DNA of 64,000 nt, from the NCBI GenBank assembly GCA_016710685.1, contig JADJVC010000006.1, forward strand, positions 626,709 to 690,708. Reading direction: 5' to 3'. The stretch is from Flavobacteriales bacterium. Lineage in GTDB: Bacteria > Bacteroidota > Bacteroidia > Flavobacteriales_F > PHOS-HE28. Numbering within the stretch: position 1 is the stretch's first letter; every line of letters begins with the position of its first letter. Position numbers and translations under genes: made by a program. A model generated the notes under the pieces. The model saw only the letters and a list, made by a program, of their open reading frames with translations, did no database searches and was not told where the DNA came from. This document shows positions 47,001 to 57,442 of this stretch, one piece after another.

Positions 47001-47305
47001 TAGTGGTATCACTGTGGAACATCGATGAAAAAGTGAGTGCGGATATCATCGCAAACTTCTATGAAAACCTCGCGGACGGCATGCCAAAACACGAGGCCTT
47101 GCGGAAAGCCAAACTGGACTATTTGGCCAACGCGCCCGAAGAACTCGCGTTGCCTTATTTCTGGGCGGGCTTGGTGCTTGTTGGGGATGTGGAGCCTGTA
47201 TTGTTGTCGAGGAAGTTCCCCGTTTGGGGCTGGGCGGCCTTGGGATGCGCGATACTGCTTACCCTGTGGGGTTGGAGAAAGTGGCGTACGAAAGAGCAGG
47301 CTTGA
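44083..47305 (+). pseudogene. TPR plus CHAT (caspase-like protease) domain protein, exported, with a C-terminal TM anchor; one frameshift (ORFs 44083..46395 and 46280..47305)
   Basis: Signal peptide MMRAFLPLLAFCASMGVGAQ and many TPR-like repeats. The CHAT core carries ..LLIIPDGP|LHTVNFETLL.., GILHLGTHAE (His) and VLTACSTGSG (Cys). C-terminal TM: WGWAALGCAILLTLWGW. The break is at C-run 46372-46374, and removing one C gives the consensus-like IIPDGPLH. Confidence 0.8.
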
Positions 47306-47565
47306 TCCCACTTGCCCAACACCGTCTCTTTAATACCGTCTCGCAATAGAAAGTCATCCAAAGATGCGCACTTGACTGCCGCAGGCATGTGCTATTTTTT
47401 CGCGAGGCGATACAAAATAGTTGTTGCATAGCCTGTGCGCTGAGCGTAGCCGAAGTGAGCTACGGAACCACTATTTTGGAGAAGCATCGAGGAAAAAGAG
47501 TGAGCAGACTGGGTGAGGTTCTATTGCGAAACGATATAAGTAGTCGCTGAAGGGGGACGGAACGC

Positions 47566-47598
47566 AAAAAGCCCCCGACCTTTCGGCCAAGGGCTTTT
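47566..47598 (-). terminator. groEL terminator
   Basis: The minus-strand RNA AAAAGCCCUUGGCC-GAAA-GGUCGGGGGCUUUUU lies 45 nt after the groEL stop. The inner stem needs G-U pairs that exist only in this orientation. Confidence 0.6.
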
Positions 47599-47641
47599 CT
47601 GTTTCTGTCCCAGCAGTGGTCACTGCCGAAGAGCGGTCGGT

Positions 47642-49663
<2,022 letters not shown>

Positions 49664-49799
49664 GTTTGTGTTTTGATGTTGGGGTATGGATTGTTCGTCC
49701 GGCGGCGGCTCCTCGATTACCGTGCCAACGGCAAGGCACTGACGATCATGCGCCAAGCCGCAAAACAATGGCAGCCCGTACTGACAGGCTGGCGGATTT

Positions 49800-50138
49800 T
49801 TACTCGTTGGGAGCCGCGGGAATGGTCACGGCAGCGCTGTCGTTCATCAGCGACGCGGCGTTGGCGTTTGGGTTCTCATCCACTTGGATGGGAGCGTCCA
49901 GGCCGTCACTGGCCACGGTGGTATTTTGCAGGGAAGCCGACACCAAGCACAGCACCATCAAGGCACCGGCAAGGCTCCAAGTGGCTTTTTCCATGAAATC
50001 GGCCGTGCGCTGCACGCCACCGATCTGCGATGCCCCGGTGAAGCCTGCGGCAAGTCCGCCGCCCTTGGGGTTTTGAGCGAGTACGACCAGGGCCAACAAG
50101 ACGGCCAGAATAATGATGATGATGGAGATCGCGACCAT
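49800..50138 (-). CDS. secG: Preprotein translocase subunit SecG
   Basis: TM1 [26 protein letters not shown], then ..[25 protein letters not shown] (TM2). This is a typical SecG, with a low-complexity tail. Confidence 0.85.
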   Translation of the reverse strand: MVAISIIIIILAVLLALVVLAQNPKGGGLAAGFTGASQIGGVQRTADFMEKATWSLAGALMVLCLVSASLQNTTVASDGLDAPIQVDENPNANAASLMNDSAAVTIPAAPNE

Positions 50139-50139
50139 G

Positions 50140-51504
50140 CTATGGGTTCATTCGCCCCTGAAGGGCTTTCGAAAGGGCTGCGAAGTAAACGCTTTTCCGT
50201 GGATCGAGCTGCGCCAATTGTTCATACACCTCTTTCGCCTTGGCAAAATTGCCTTGTTTTTCATAGATCCGGCCGAGCGTTTCACTCACCAAACCTGCGT
50301 CCAGCAGGCTGTTCTTCGCAGCTTGCTGCGGGCTGAAAAATTCCGCTTTGGCCTTGATGGGTGCGGGCGATTCATGCTGAATGAACCGGTCCATGATCTC
50401 TTCCGGGCTGGGTAAAGCTTCCGATGCGTGCCCGGTTTCCGCCAAATGAAGGATGTCCCTTACCGTTGGCATCCGCGCTTCCTCGTCAAACATTTCCGCT
50501 ATTGGCGCGCCATCAGCTTGCGCCAACCAGTCCGTAAAACGCAGTTTTGTGCCAGCCACAAGGGGGGCGTGCTGGGCTGGAGGAGGCGGTTCTTTATGCA
50601 ACTCGACTTCAGGCTCCGGCGTACGATCCAGTATCCGCACTTTAGCAATAGGCTCAGCCACTGGCGGCTCAACGGCCTCTACCGGCGGTAGTATTTCCAG
50701 ATCCGCGACGTTGAACGGTGCATTGGCAGCGGCTTCCCGGTACAACAGTTCCAAGGGGTCCGCTGCTTTAGTTTCCGGCGGGATCGCCGCATTTTCCACC
50801 GGCGTAACGGGTGTTTCGTCAAGCGCCACGGGATGTGCAGCTGCTTGGGCTGGTGGAACCGGCTTCGGAACGGGTTCCGTTTGTACTGCTGTTCCCTGTG
50901 TAACTGGCAAAGTAGGTGGGGCAGCGCGGGGGGCTTCAACTTCGGAAGCCTTCGCGACCGGTTCCACGGGTAGTGCCGGTGTTTGGGCCACTTCAACCGA
51001 CGGATTTTCAATTGTAGGCCGGGAGTGCTCGATCGGCTTGATGAATTCGGCTGCCAATGGAACGCGTTCAACCGGTTTTCTTGAAATTTCAACTTCCTCT
51101 GAAGAGATCGCGACTTTGGTCGGCGTTGTAGCTGCAGTTTCCACCTTTGGAAGTTCGGCAGGCTTTGGTATTTCCATCGCCACCGCCGGTTTTTCTGCTT
51201 CACTCATCACCCGCACCACGTCCAGCTCGGCGGTGTTGCGCACCACCTGCATCGGCGCCAATGGCCTTGGCGCGCTTCCGCGTGTAAGGTCGAAAAGCAC
51301 CGCACGCGATGGCAGTTGTGCAGCGGGAGAAGTACTGCGGTCGTTCGCCAGCACATCACCTGCCTTGTCTTCGCCAACGGCCAACAACAAGCGCGCACCA
51401 CTGAACCACGGAAAACGTTCTGCCAGATCGCGCAGGTCCGCCAAGTCGCTCCGGGATACATCCCCGGGCGTTCCCAGCAGTTCGGTCAAGCGTTCGCGGT
51501 CCAT
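50140..51504 (-). CDS. Hypothetical Pro/Ala/Glu-rich protein with a C-terminal TPR motif
   Basis: Met 51504 (MDRERLTELLG..). The long low-complexity middle is P/A/E/V-rich. The C-terminus reads ..GRIYEKQGNFAKAKEVYEQLAQLDPRKSVYFAALSKAL (TPR). It occupies the conserved position between lptE-like and secG. Confidence 0.6.
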   Translation of the reverse strand: MDRERLTELLGTPGDVSRSDLADLRDLAERFPWFSGARLLLAVGEDKAGDVLANDRSTSPAAQLPSRAVLFDLTRGSAPRPLAPMQVVRNTAELDVVRVMSEAEKPAVAMEIPKPAELPKVETAATTPTKVAISSEEVEISRKPVERVPLAAEFIKPIEHSRPTIENPSVEVAQTPALPVEPVAKASEVEAPRAAPPTLPVTQGTAVQTEPVPKPVPPAQAAAHPVALDETPVTPVENAAIPPETKAADPLELLYREAAANAPFNVADLEILPPVEAVEPPVAEPIAKVRILDRTPEPEVELHKEPPPPAQHAPLVAGTKLRFTDWLAQADGAPIAEMFDEEARMPTVRDILHLAETGHASEALPSPEEIMDRFIQHESPAPIKAKAEFFSPQQAAKNSLLDAGLVSETLGRIYEKQGNFAKAKEVYEQLAQLDPRKSVYFAALSKALQGRMNP

Positions 51505-51546
51505 TTCAATTCGACGATCAGAAAATTTGAAAATCAGAAAATGGAA

Positions 51547-51562
51547 TGCCGACCACGCGCCA
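51547..51562 (-). promoter_or_regulatory. Possible sigma-54 (-24/-12) promoter
   Basis: The minus strand reads TGGCGC-GTGGT-CGGCA against the consensus TGGCAC-N5-TTGCA. The GG and GC are at the correct 12-nt spacing. It lies ~44 nt upstream of ATG 51504, inside the 12-nt inverted repeat 51515-51526 / 51575-51586. Confidence 0.3.
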
Positions 51563-51589
51563 GCTGATCTTCTCATTTTCTGATCGACA

Positions 51590-52087
51590 CTACCAATTCC
51601 CCAAAGTGCGGTCGAATATATCCTGCGCGAGCTGTTTACCAATCTCGCGCACCAATCCGTCTTCCACGGAACTGAGGTCCTGGTCGCTCGGATAATCGGC
51701 GAAACGCGATACGCTCAGGTCCGCATCTGCCTTGGGTTCCAGCTTGTTGGCGTAGTGCAGGCTCACGGTAATGGTGAGCCGGTTCAACGCTGCGGTCTCG
51801 TTCGCTTGAATGGCAACCGGCTGCACGTCGTAGCCGGTAATAGCGCCGGTGTAGGCGATGTCGCCATCCGTGCGGATCATGGTGAGCGGCGTTTGGCTCT
51901 GCAGCAGGTCGCGCATTTCCTCGGTAATGGATTGCGCGGTCTGCGGGGTGCAAAGTGGTGCGCGGGCATCCAATAGGTCCACGCTAATTGTTTTCGCGCC
52001 GGCGGGAACGGAGCCGCCGCTGGTGGAATAATGCACGGCGCAGGAGGCGAGAACCACGCAGGAGATCAATGCGGCGAGCAGTTTCAT
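51590..52087 (-). CDS. LptE-like LPS-assembly lipoprotein
   Basis: Lipobox MKLLAALISCVVLASC, ~165 aa, in the conserved position downstream of the sigma-54 activator in the Bacteroidota miaB block. The assignment rests on synteny and size rather than strong motifs. Confidence 0.65.
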   Translation of the reverse strand: MKLLAALISCVVLASCAVHYSTSGGSVPAGAKTISVDLLDARAPLCTPQTAQSITEEMRDLLQSQTPLTMIRTDGDIAYTGAITGYDVQPVAIQANETAALNRLTITVSLHYANKLEPKADADLSVSRFADYPSDQDLSSVEDGLVREIGKQLAQDIFDRTLGNW

Positions 52088-53286
52088 TCAATGCCCCACT
52101 CTTTGATCTTGCGGTAGAGCGTGCGTTCGCTGATACCCAATTCGTCCGCGGCTTTTTTGCGCTTGCCTCGGTGCTTGTCCAACGCTTTGCGCACGAGCTC
52201 CTTTTCCTTGTCTTCGATGCTCAGCGATTCTTCCACTTCCGTGTGCTCCACCTCTTCGTCCTCGGTGTCGTGCATGCCAATGCTCATGCCGCTCTCTGGG
52301 CGGTGCGCGTAAAGCAGTTTCTCCGGATATGCCGCGCTGGTGGTAGGCATCCGCTGTTGACCGTTCCCAAGCACGCGCACCTGTTCCTTCAACGCGTTCA
52401 AGTCGTTCTTCATATCGAAGAGGAACTTGAAGATCAGCTCACGCTCGTTGATGGCTTCGCTATTTCCACCACCGCCGGTGCTGCTTGTGGGCACAAGCGC
52501 GGTGTTTTCCTTCGGCAGATAGCCGGCCAGTGTTTCCGCATCGATCTCGCGGTCTTTCTCGATCACACTGATCTGCTCCACCAAGTTGCGCAATTGGCGC
52601 ACGTTGCCCGGCCAACGGTAGGCAGTGAGCAGTTGGCGCGCATCGTCCGTCAAGGTGATCGGTGGAGCTTTGTAGCGCGAAGCCGCTTCTTGGGCGAACC
52701 AGCGGAAAAGCAAGTGGATGTCCTCTTTCCGTTCACGCAACGCGGGCACTTGGATCGGCACGGTGTTCAACCGGTAGTACAGATCCTCACGGAATTTACC
52801 GCGCTGCACGGCCTGCAGCATGTTCACATTGGTGGCGGCGGTAACGCGCACGTTGGTTTTTTGTGCTTTGCTGCTACCTACGCGGATGAATTCGCCGGTT
52901 TCCAACACGCGCAACAAGCGCACCTGCGTGGTGAGCGGAAGTTCGCCCACTTCGTCCAAAAAGATGGTGCCGCCATTGGCCACTTCAAAGTAGCCCTTGC
53001 GCGCCTCATGCGCACCGGTGAAGGAGCCTTTTTCGTGCCCGAAAAGCTCGCTATCGATTGTCCCTTCCGGAATGGCACCGCAGTTTACCGCGATGTACGG
53101 CCCATGCTTCCGTGCGCTGAAAGCATGCACGATCTGTGGCATCACTTCCTTGCCACTTCCACTTTCTCCGCTGATCAATACGCTGAGGTCGGTGGGTGCC
53201 ACTTGCGCCGCGATCTCAATGGCGCGGTCCAGCAAAGGCGAGGAGCCTATGATCCCAAAACGCTGTTTAATGGGTTGCACCTTCAT
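52084..53286 (-). CDS. Sigma-54-dependent transcriptional activator (AAA+ plus Fis-type HTH, no receiver or sensor domain)
   Basis: The AAA+ domain starts ~15 aa from the N-terminus (GSSPLL.., Walker A GESGSGKE, GSFTGA, FLDEVGE, GNVRQLRN). The C-terminal HTH is ..AADELGISERTLYRKIKEWGI. The start overlaps the miaB stop and the stop overlaps the lptE-like start. Confidence 0.85.
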   Translation of the reverse strand: MKVQPIKQRFGIIGSSPLLDRAIEIAAQVAPTDLSVLISGESGSGKEVMPQIVHAFSARKHGPYIAVNCGAIPEGTIDSELFGHEKGSFTGAHEARKGYFEVANGGTIFLDEVGELPLTTQVRLLRVLETGEFIRVGSSKAQKTNVRVTAATNVNMLQAVQRGKFREDLYYRLNTVPIQVPALRERKEDIHLLFRWFAQEAASRYKAPPITLTDDARQLLTAYRWPGNVRQLRNLVEQISVIEKDREIDAETLAGYLPKENTALVPTSSTGGGGNSEAINERELIFKFLFDMKNDLNALKEQVRVLGNGQQRMPTTSAAYPEKLLYAHRPESGMSIGMHDTEDEEVEHTEVEESLSIEDKEKELVRKALDKHRGKRKKAADELGISERTLYRKIKEWGIE

Positions 53287-54803
53287 GCGTTCAGGATTAT
53301 TTCGTCTGCCATTTCAATGGGCTCTCCTTTTAGGGAACCGGCTGTGGCGCTTACTATGCGGACTCGTACTTTATCTCCTGGTTTTAATTCTTTAGTTGTC
53401 AGTTGTCCCGACGCATGTCGGGACAACTGACAACTCGCGAAGCGCGGAACAATAACAACAGAATTCTGCGTATTCCGCCCATACATGTTTTGATCACTGC
53501 GCTTGCTTACTCCCTCGATAAGCACGTCGTGAATTTGGCCCACATAAGCCGCCATCCGCTTCGCCGAATTCAACTTCTGCGCTTCGATGATCTCCGCCAA
53601 GCGGCGCCCTTTCACATCTTCCGGCACATCGTCTTCATGCTTGCGGGCCGCCAGTGTTTTCGGTCGTTCGCTGTACTTGAACATGTAGGCCATGTCGTAG
53701 CCCACATCTTCCATCAGCGATAGCGTGGCTTGATGATCTTCTTCTGTTTCGCCGCAAAAACCAGAAATGATATCCGTGCTGATGGCGCAGTCCGGCATGT
53801 GCTTGCGGATGCTGGCCACGCGGCCCTCGTACCATGCCCGGTCGTAGCCGCGGTTCATGCGTTTCAACACGTCACTGCTTCCGCTTTGTACCGGCAGGTG
53901 GATGTATTTGCAGATGTTTTCGTAGCGCGCCATTACCTCCAGCACCTTGTCGGTCATGTCCTTAGGGTGGCTGGTGCTGTAACGAATGCGCAGGGTAGGG
54001 CAGGCGGTGGCCACCATTTCCAGCAGATCGGCGAAATCAACGTGATCATTACCCGAAACATTCTCTTCTCGGCGCCCCTGACTGCCGATAGGCATGCTCC
54101 GCGCCTCCGCGTCCAACTCTCTTAAATCTTCTCCGCGACTCTGCGCCTCAGCGTCCAATTCTCCCTTTCTCTCCTTCCACTTGAACGAATCCACATTCTG
54201 CCCCAGCAGCGTCACTTCTTTGAAACCGTTCACCACCAATTGCTTGCATTCGTCCACAATGGTCTGCGGGTCGCGGCTGCGCTCCCGGCCCCTCGTGAAT
54301 GGCACTACACAGAACGCGCACATGTTGTCGCAGCCCCGCATAATGGTGACGAACGCCGTAACGCCGTTGCTGCCCAAGCGCACCGGCTCAATTTCACCGT
54401 AGGTTTCCTCGCGGCTCAGCAGCACGTTCACCGCTTTTTGGCCGCTGCCCACTTCTTCCAGCAACTGCGGCAGGCTGCGGTAGGCATCGGGCCCTACCAC
54501 CAGATCCACCACGCGTTTTTCTACGAGCAGGTTTTCCTTCATCCGCTCCGCCATGCACCCCAGCACGCCCACCTTCAGCCCCTTGTTCTTGGCTTTCAGG
54601 TTGTTCATTTCATTGATGCGCTGCATCACCGTGTACTCGGCTTTTTCGCGGATGCTGCACGTGTTCAGCAGCACCAGATCAGCCTCTTCGGGAGTAGCCG
54701 CAAGTTCATAGCCGTCCTTCGCCAAAATGCTCGCAACGATCTCACTGTCGCTGTGGTTCATCTGGCAACCGTAGCTTTCGATATGGACTTTTTTGCTCAA
54801 CAC
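53283..54803 (-). CDS. miaB: tRNA-i6A37 methylthiotransferase MiaB
   Basis: ..KKVHIESYGCQMNHSDSE.. (UPF0004 Cys), radical-SAM CDNMCAFCVVP and a C-terminal TRAM domain. The ORF is open to ATG 54905, but that start lies inside the OMP terminator hairpin. The GTG/TTG at 54803/54800 gives the canonical N-terminus. Two atypical 42-nt insertions are described in the findings. Confidence 0.9.
   Translation of the reverse strand: MLSKKVHIESYGCQMNHSDSEIVASILAKDGYELAATPEEADLVLLNTCSIREKAEYTVMQRINEMNNLKAKNKGLKVGVLGCMAERMKENLLVEKRVVDLVVGPDAYRSLPQLLEEVGSGQKAVNVLLSREETYGEIEPVRLGSNGVTAFVTIMRGCDNMCAFCVVPFTRGRERSRDPQTIVDECKQLVVNGFKEVTLLGQNVDSFKWKERKGELDAEAQSRGEDLRELDAEARSMPIGSQGRREENVSGNDHVDFADLLEMVATACPTLRIRYSTSHPKDMTDKVLEVMARYENICKYIHLPVQSGSSDVLKRMNRGYDRAWYEGRVASIRKHMPDCAISTDIISGFCGETEEDHQATLSLMEDVGYDMAYMFKYSERPKTLAARKHEDDVPEDVKGRRLAEIIEAQKLNSAKRMAAYVGQIHDVLIEGVSKRSDQNMYGRNTQNSVVIVPRFASCQLSRHASGQLTTKELKPGDKVRVRIVSATAGSLKGEPIEMADEIILNA
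53394..53435. repeat. Perfect 42-nt palindrome (19-bp stem, 4-nt loop) inside the miaB coding sequence
   Basis: AGTTGTCAGTTGTCCCGAC-GCAT-GTCGGGACAACTGACAACT. The stem contains a tandem AGTTGTC heptamer. It encodes an in-frame 14 codons (..CQLSRHASGQLTTK..) between conserved TRAM-domain residues. Confidence 0.85.
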
Positions 54804-54889
54804 GGCGTTGTTTTTCAGGGGCGCAAAGGTACCGTTCCATAAGCGTAGTGACAATGTGGCAGAAGTTGGATTGGAACGCGGATAGTTGC

Positions 54890-54936
54890 AGGCAAAAGCA
54901 AGCACCCCGACCGCCGCTTACGCGTGGCCGGGGTGC
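54890..54936 (-). terminator. Terminator-like hairpin after the OMP gene
   Basis: GCACCCCG (54902-54909) pairs with CGGGGTGC (54929-54936), with partial inner pairing. On the minus strand it is followed by UUGCUUUUGCC. Confidence 0.45.
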
Positions 54937-54981
54937 GCCCTGGGCCGCCCTTGCTCAAGGGAGCGGCACCTCTTATCCAGA

Positions 54982-55614
54982 TTAAAACTTTGCCGTGAGC
55001 CCCAAGTTCAAGTAGCTGGCACCATAGCCCAGTTCCAAGTAGGCACCGATCTTGTCGGTGAAGAAGTAGCGACCACCCACGAAGGTGCTCCACGTAACGA
55101 AATTGAGTTTATAGTTGTAATTATCGAGGTAGTCCGTGGTGATGCCTCCAGTTGTGTATGTGCTCTTGTCCTTGTAGCTGCCGATGTTGTAGCCCAGCAT
55201 CAACCCGCCGTACACATCGAACTTGTCGCTTTCGATGATCTCATTCAGGTGAAGCGTGCCTCGCAAACCCACCACGGTGTTGCTCCAACGGCGATCGTAG
55301 TTGTAGACGCTCTGGTAGCCTTGTGAAGTGTATTTGTAGCTAACCGTCTTATTGGCAAATAAGCCCCCGACGCCAATGGCTCCGACTCCGTCCACGCCGC
55401 CTACGCCGTGCTCAATGCTCAGCACAATGGTGGGCGAGGTCTTGTAATTGTCGTTGTAGGAACTGATGTAACTGTATCGTGCACCGCCCAACCCGATGCC
55501 GGCGTTGATGGCGGTGACGCCACGGTCGAAGGCTTGTGCATGTGCGCTGTTCGGGGCGGCGAGTGCGACTAAAGCAAGGGCCGCGAGCAGTGAGGAAATG
55601 TTCTTGGTCTTCAT
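54982..55614 (-). CDS. Outer membrane beta-barrel (porin-family/OmpW-like) protein
   Basis: Signal peptide MKTKNISSLLAALALVALAAPNSAHAQ, alternating amphipathic beta-strands rich in G and Y, and a C-terminal ..LGLTAKF with terminal Phe. Confidence 0.7.
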   Translation of the reverse strand: MKTKNISSLLAALALVALAAPNSAHAQAFDRGVTAINAGIGLGGARYSYISSYNDNYKTSPTIVLSIEHGVGGVDGVGAIGVGGLFANKTVSYKYTSQGYQSVYNYDRRWSNTVVGLRGTLHLNEIIESDKFDVYGGLMLGYNIGSYKDKSTYTTGGITTDYLDNYNYKLNFVTWSTFVGGRYFFTDKIGAYLELGYGASYLNLGLTAKF

Positions 55615-55645
55615 TTTTCCAGGGTGTTGGTTTGGTTGCTCAGGT

Positions 55646-56599
55646 TCATTTGCGTTTCAGTGCGATGCTGCCTTCACGCAGGTCCGCCACTGTGTATTTG
55701 GCCTGCAACTTGGCGTACAGCGCGTCCAACAGTTGCTGTGTGCTGCCTGTGTGTTGTACGGTTACCGTGCCAATGCCTTCGCTGAAGGAGCGTTCAACGT
55801 TCTTCACTTTCGTGTCGCCTTTTACGATATCCTCAAAGCCTGCCATCGCGCCGTACTCCATGTTGGCGATGGAGAACACGGTCCAGTTGCTGTTAGGGTC
55901 TGCGCTGGCGGGCAACGGTATGGTTTGCCATTCGTCGCTCAACAGGTCGCAACTCTGGAATACGCCCTTTTCCAAGGCATTGGCCAATGCGGGGTTGTTC
56001 TTCACGCTGCTCACTACGTTGAACATGCCTACGCCCAAGCCCACACCGCCGGCCTTTTTGCCATCTACATCAACTGTCTTACTCCACAGAATATCACGCG
56101 TTTGAGGGTCCAATACTTTTAGGACGAAGCCTAGATGCACTGTTTCCGAACCCACACGCACAATGGCTATGCCCACCTTGCTGCTGCCTTCGTTGTACTC
56201 CGTGATCTCGCCCGTTACCACGAGTTGCGCACCCAACATTTTCCCTGCACGTGCAGTGCTGGCCGCATTCATCAGGCCGTTGTCGGCACCTTCCATCTCT
56301 TGTGTCATATCGCCCAAGTTGTCCTTGGATTCCAGCACGCGGAAACATTGCAATTGCTGCAATGCGTTTTCCAGCATGGTGGCCATGTTCGCGCCTAATT
56401 CCGGCGGATTATTCGTGGTAGTGACATTGAAGCGTGCCACTGCCAGCCGTACCCGCTGTGCCAAGGGAACACTGTCGCAACGTGCTTTGAGTTCATCAAA
56501 AGTGACCTCGACTTTCTTCTTGTTCTGCGCATGGCTTAGCGCCGGCAGGGACATCAGTGTGGCCAAGGTTATGAGCTTGAGGGTGTCCAGGGTTTTCAT
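55646..56599 (-). CDS. CsgG/HfaB-family secretion-channel lipoprotein-like protein with an extra C-terminal domain
   Basis: Signal peptide, then ..RLAVARFNV...GANMATMLENALQQLQCFRVLESKD...AGKMLGAQLVVTGEITEY.., which matches the CsgG-family core pattern. An additional ~120 aa follows. Confidence 0.65.
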   Translation of the reverse strand: MKTLDTLKLITLATLMSLPALSHAQNKKKVEVTFDELKARCDSVPLAQRVRLAVARFNVTTTNNPPELGANMATMLENALQQLQCFRVLESKDNLGDMTQEMEGADNGLMNAASTARAGKMLGAQLVVTGEITEYNEGSSKVGIAIVRVGSETVHLGFVLKVLDPQTRDILWSKTVDVDGKKAGGVGLGVGMFNVVSSVKNNPALANALEKGVFQSCDLLSDEWQTIPLPASADPNSNWTVFSIANMEYGAMAGFEDIVKGDTKVKNVERSFSEGIGTVTVQHTGSTQQLLDALYAKLQAKYTVADLREGSIALKRK

Positions 56600-56858
56600 T
56601 GTTTTGGTTTTTGGTTGGTTGTCGGTTTTAGTTTTTGGTTATCGGCGTGTCCCATGGCGTGAGAAATGCGGGAGAGATCGCTAGGGCTGCTGCAAGAAGG
56701 ATGATGGTGAGCATGGTGTTTTCCGTTTGGTGAAGCGAAGCAACCGCAACATCAGACCTCGCCAAAGCGCCATTGAGCAAGCGGCGGCATGCACTGAGAA
56801 TTTGGCGGAAATGCGAAGGGCGCCGTGAGGCGCCCTTTCGTATCAAGCCGTTCTCCGC

Positions 56859-57437
56859 TTACTGCGGCAATGGCAAACTGAAACTCCCGTTGGTGATGGA
56901 ATGGCCTGTGCTCACCGTCGTCCCATCATTATCGATCACCGAGACGCCGGCATAGCTGAAGGTGCCTTCCAACAGGCCTCCGGGCAGGGTGTCCAACCGT
57001 GTGAACGTGTTGCTGCCGCTGGTACCGGTGGAGAGCAGATAGGTTTGGTCATCCGTGGTGACTTGCGGGTCCGGGGAGTGGATTGCCAACATGGTGAAGA
57101 TGGGATCTGTTTGACCCGTATTAATGGTAATGGGCGCACTCAAACTGTCCGGGATGATCGTGCTCCAAGAAGATGCCCATACACCCCCAATTGTCACGGC
57201 AACGCCCAAAAAGAGCCGCGATCCGGGAATGCCTGTATTGGTTGCTGCCGTTGCCACTTGATCGCAATTGATCGTGGTGCCGTCCAGGTCGAATTTAATG
57301 TAGCCTTCTGAAGGTGTGCCACCGGTGCCACCTCCGCCGGAAGGTGCCGCAGGGGCATCGTCATCCTTGGAGCAACTTGCTATCAGTAAGCAAACGGTCG
57401 CCAATGCGGCGATCCAGTTGGTTGTCCGGAGTTTCAT
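56859..57437 (-). CDS. Hypothetical lipoprotein
   Basis: Lipobox MKLRTTNWIAALATVCLLIASCSKDDD, followed by a Gly-rich linker and a beta-rich body. No recognizable family. Confidence 0.6.
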   Translation of the reverse strand: MKLRTTNWIAALATVCLLIASCSKDDDAPAAPSGGGGTGGTPSEGYIKFDLDGTTINCDQVATAATNTGIPGSRLFLGVAVTIGGVWASSWSTIIPDSLSAPITINTGQTDPIFTMLAIHSPDPQVTTDDQTYLLSTGTSGSNTFTRLDTLPGGLLEGTFSYAGVSVIDNDGTTVSTGHSITNGSFSLPLPQ

Positions 57438-57442
57438 CGTGT

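Noticed and set aside
50453-53430. Plus-strand ORFs 50453..51583 (376 aa) and 51988..53430 (480 aa)
   Set aside because: They are antisense to the TPR protein and the sigma-54 activator. Their composition is Ser/Ala/Gly-rich or His/Arg-rich and lacks motifs. The real genes lie on the minus strand and form an overlapping operon.
56628-56714. 28-aa ORF (MLTIILLAAALAISPAFLTPWDTPITKN) just upstream of the CsgG-like gene
   Set aside because: It is hydrophobic and well placed, but too short to support without conservation or expression data. The longer track ORF 56628..56846 has an implausible Arg-rich N-terminus.
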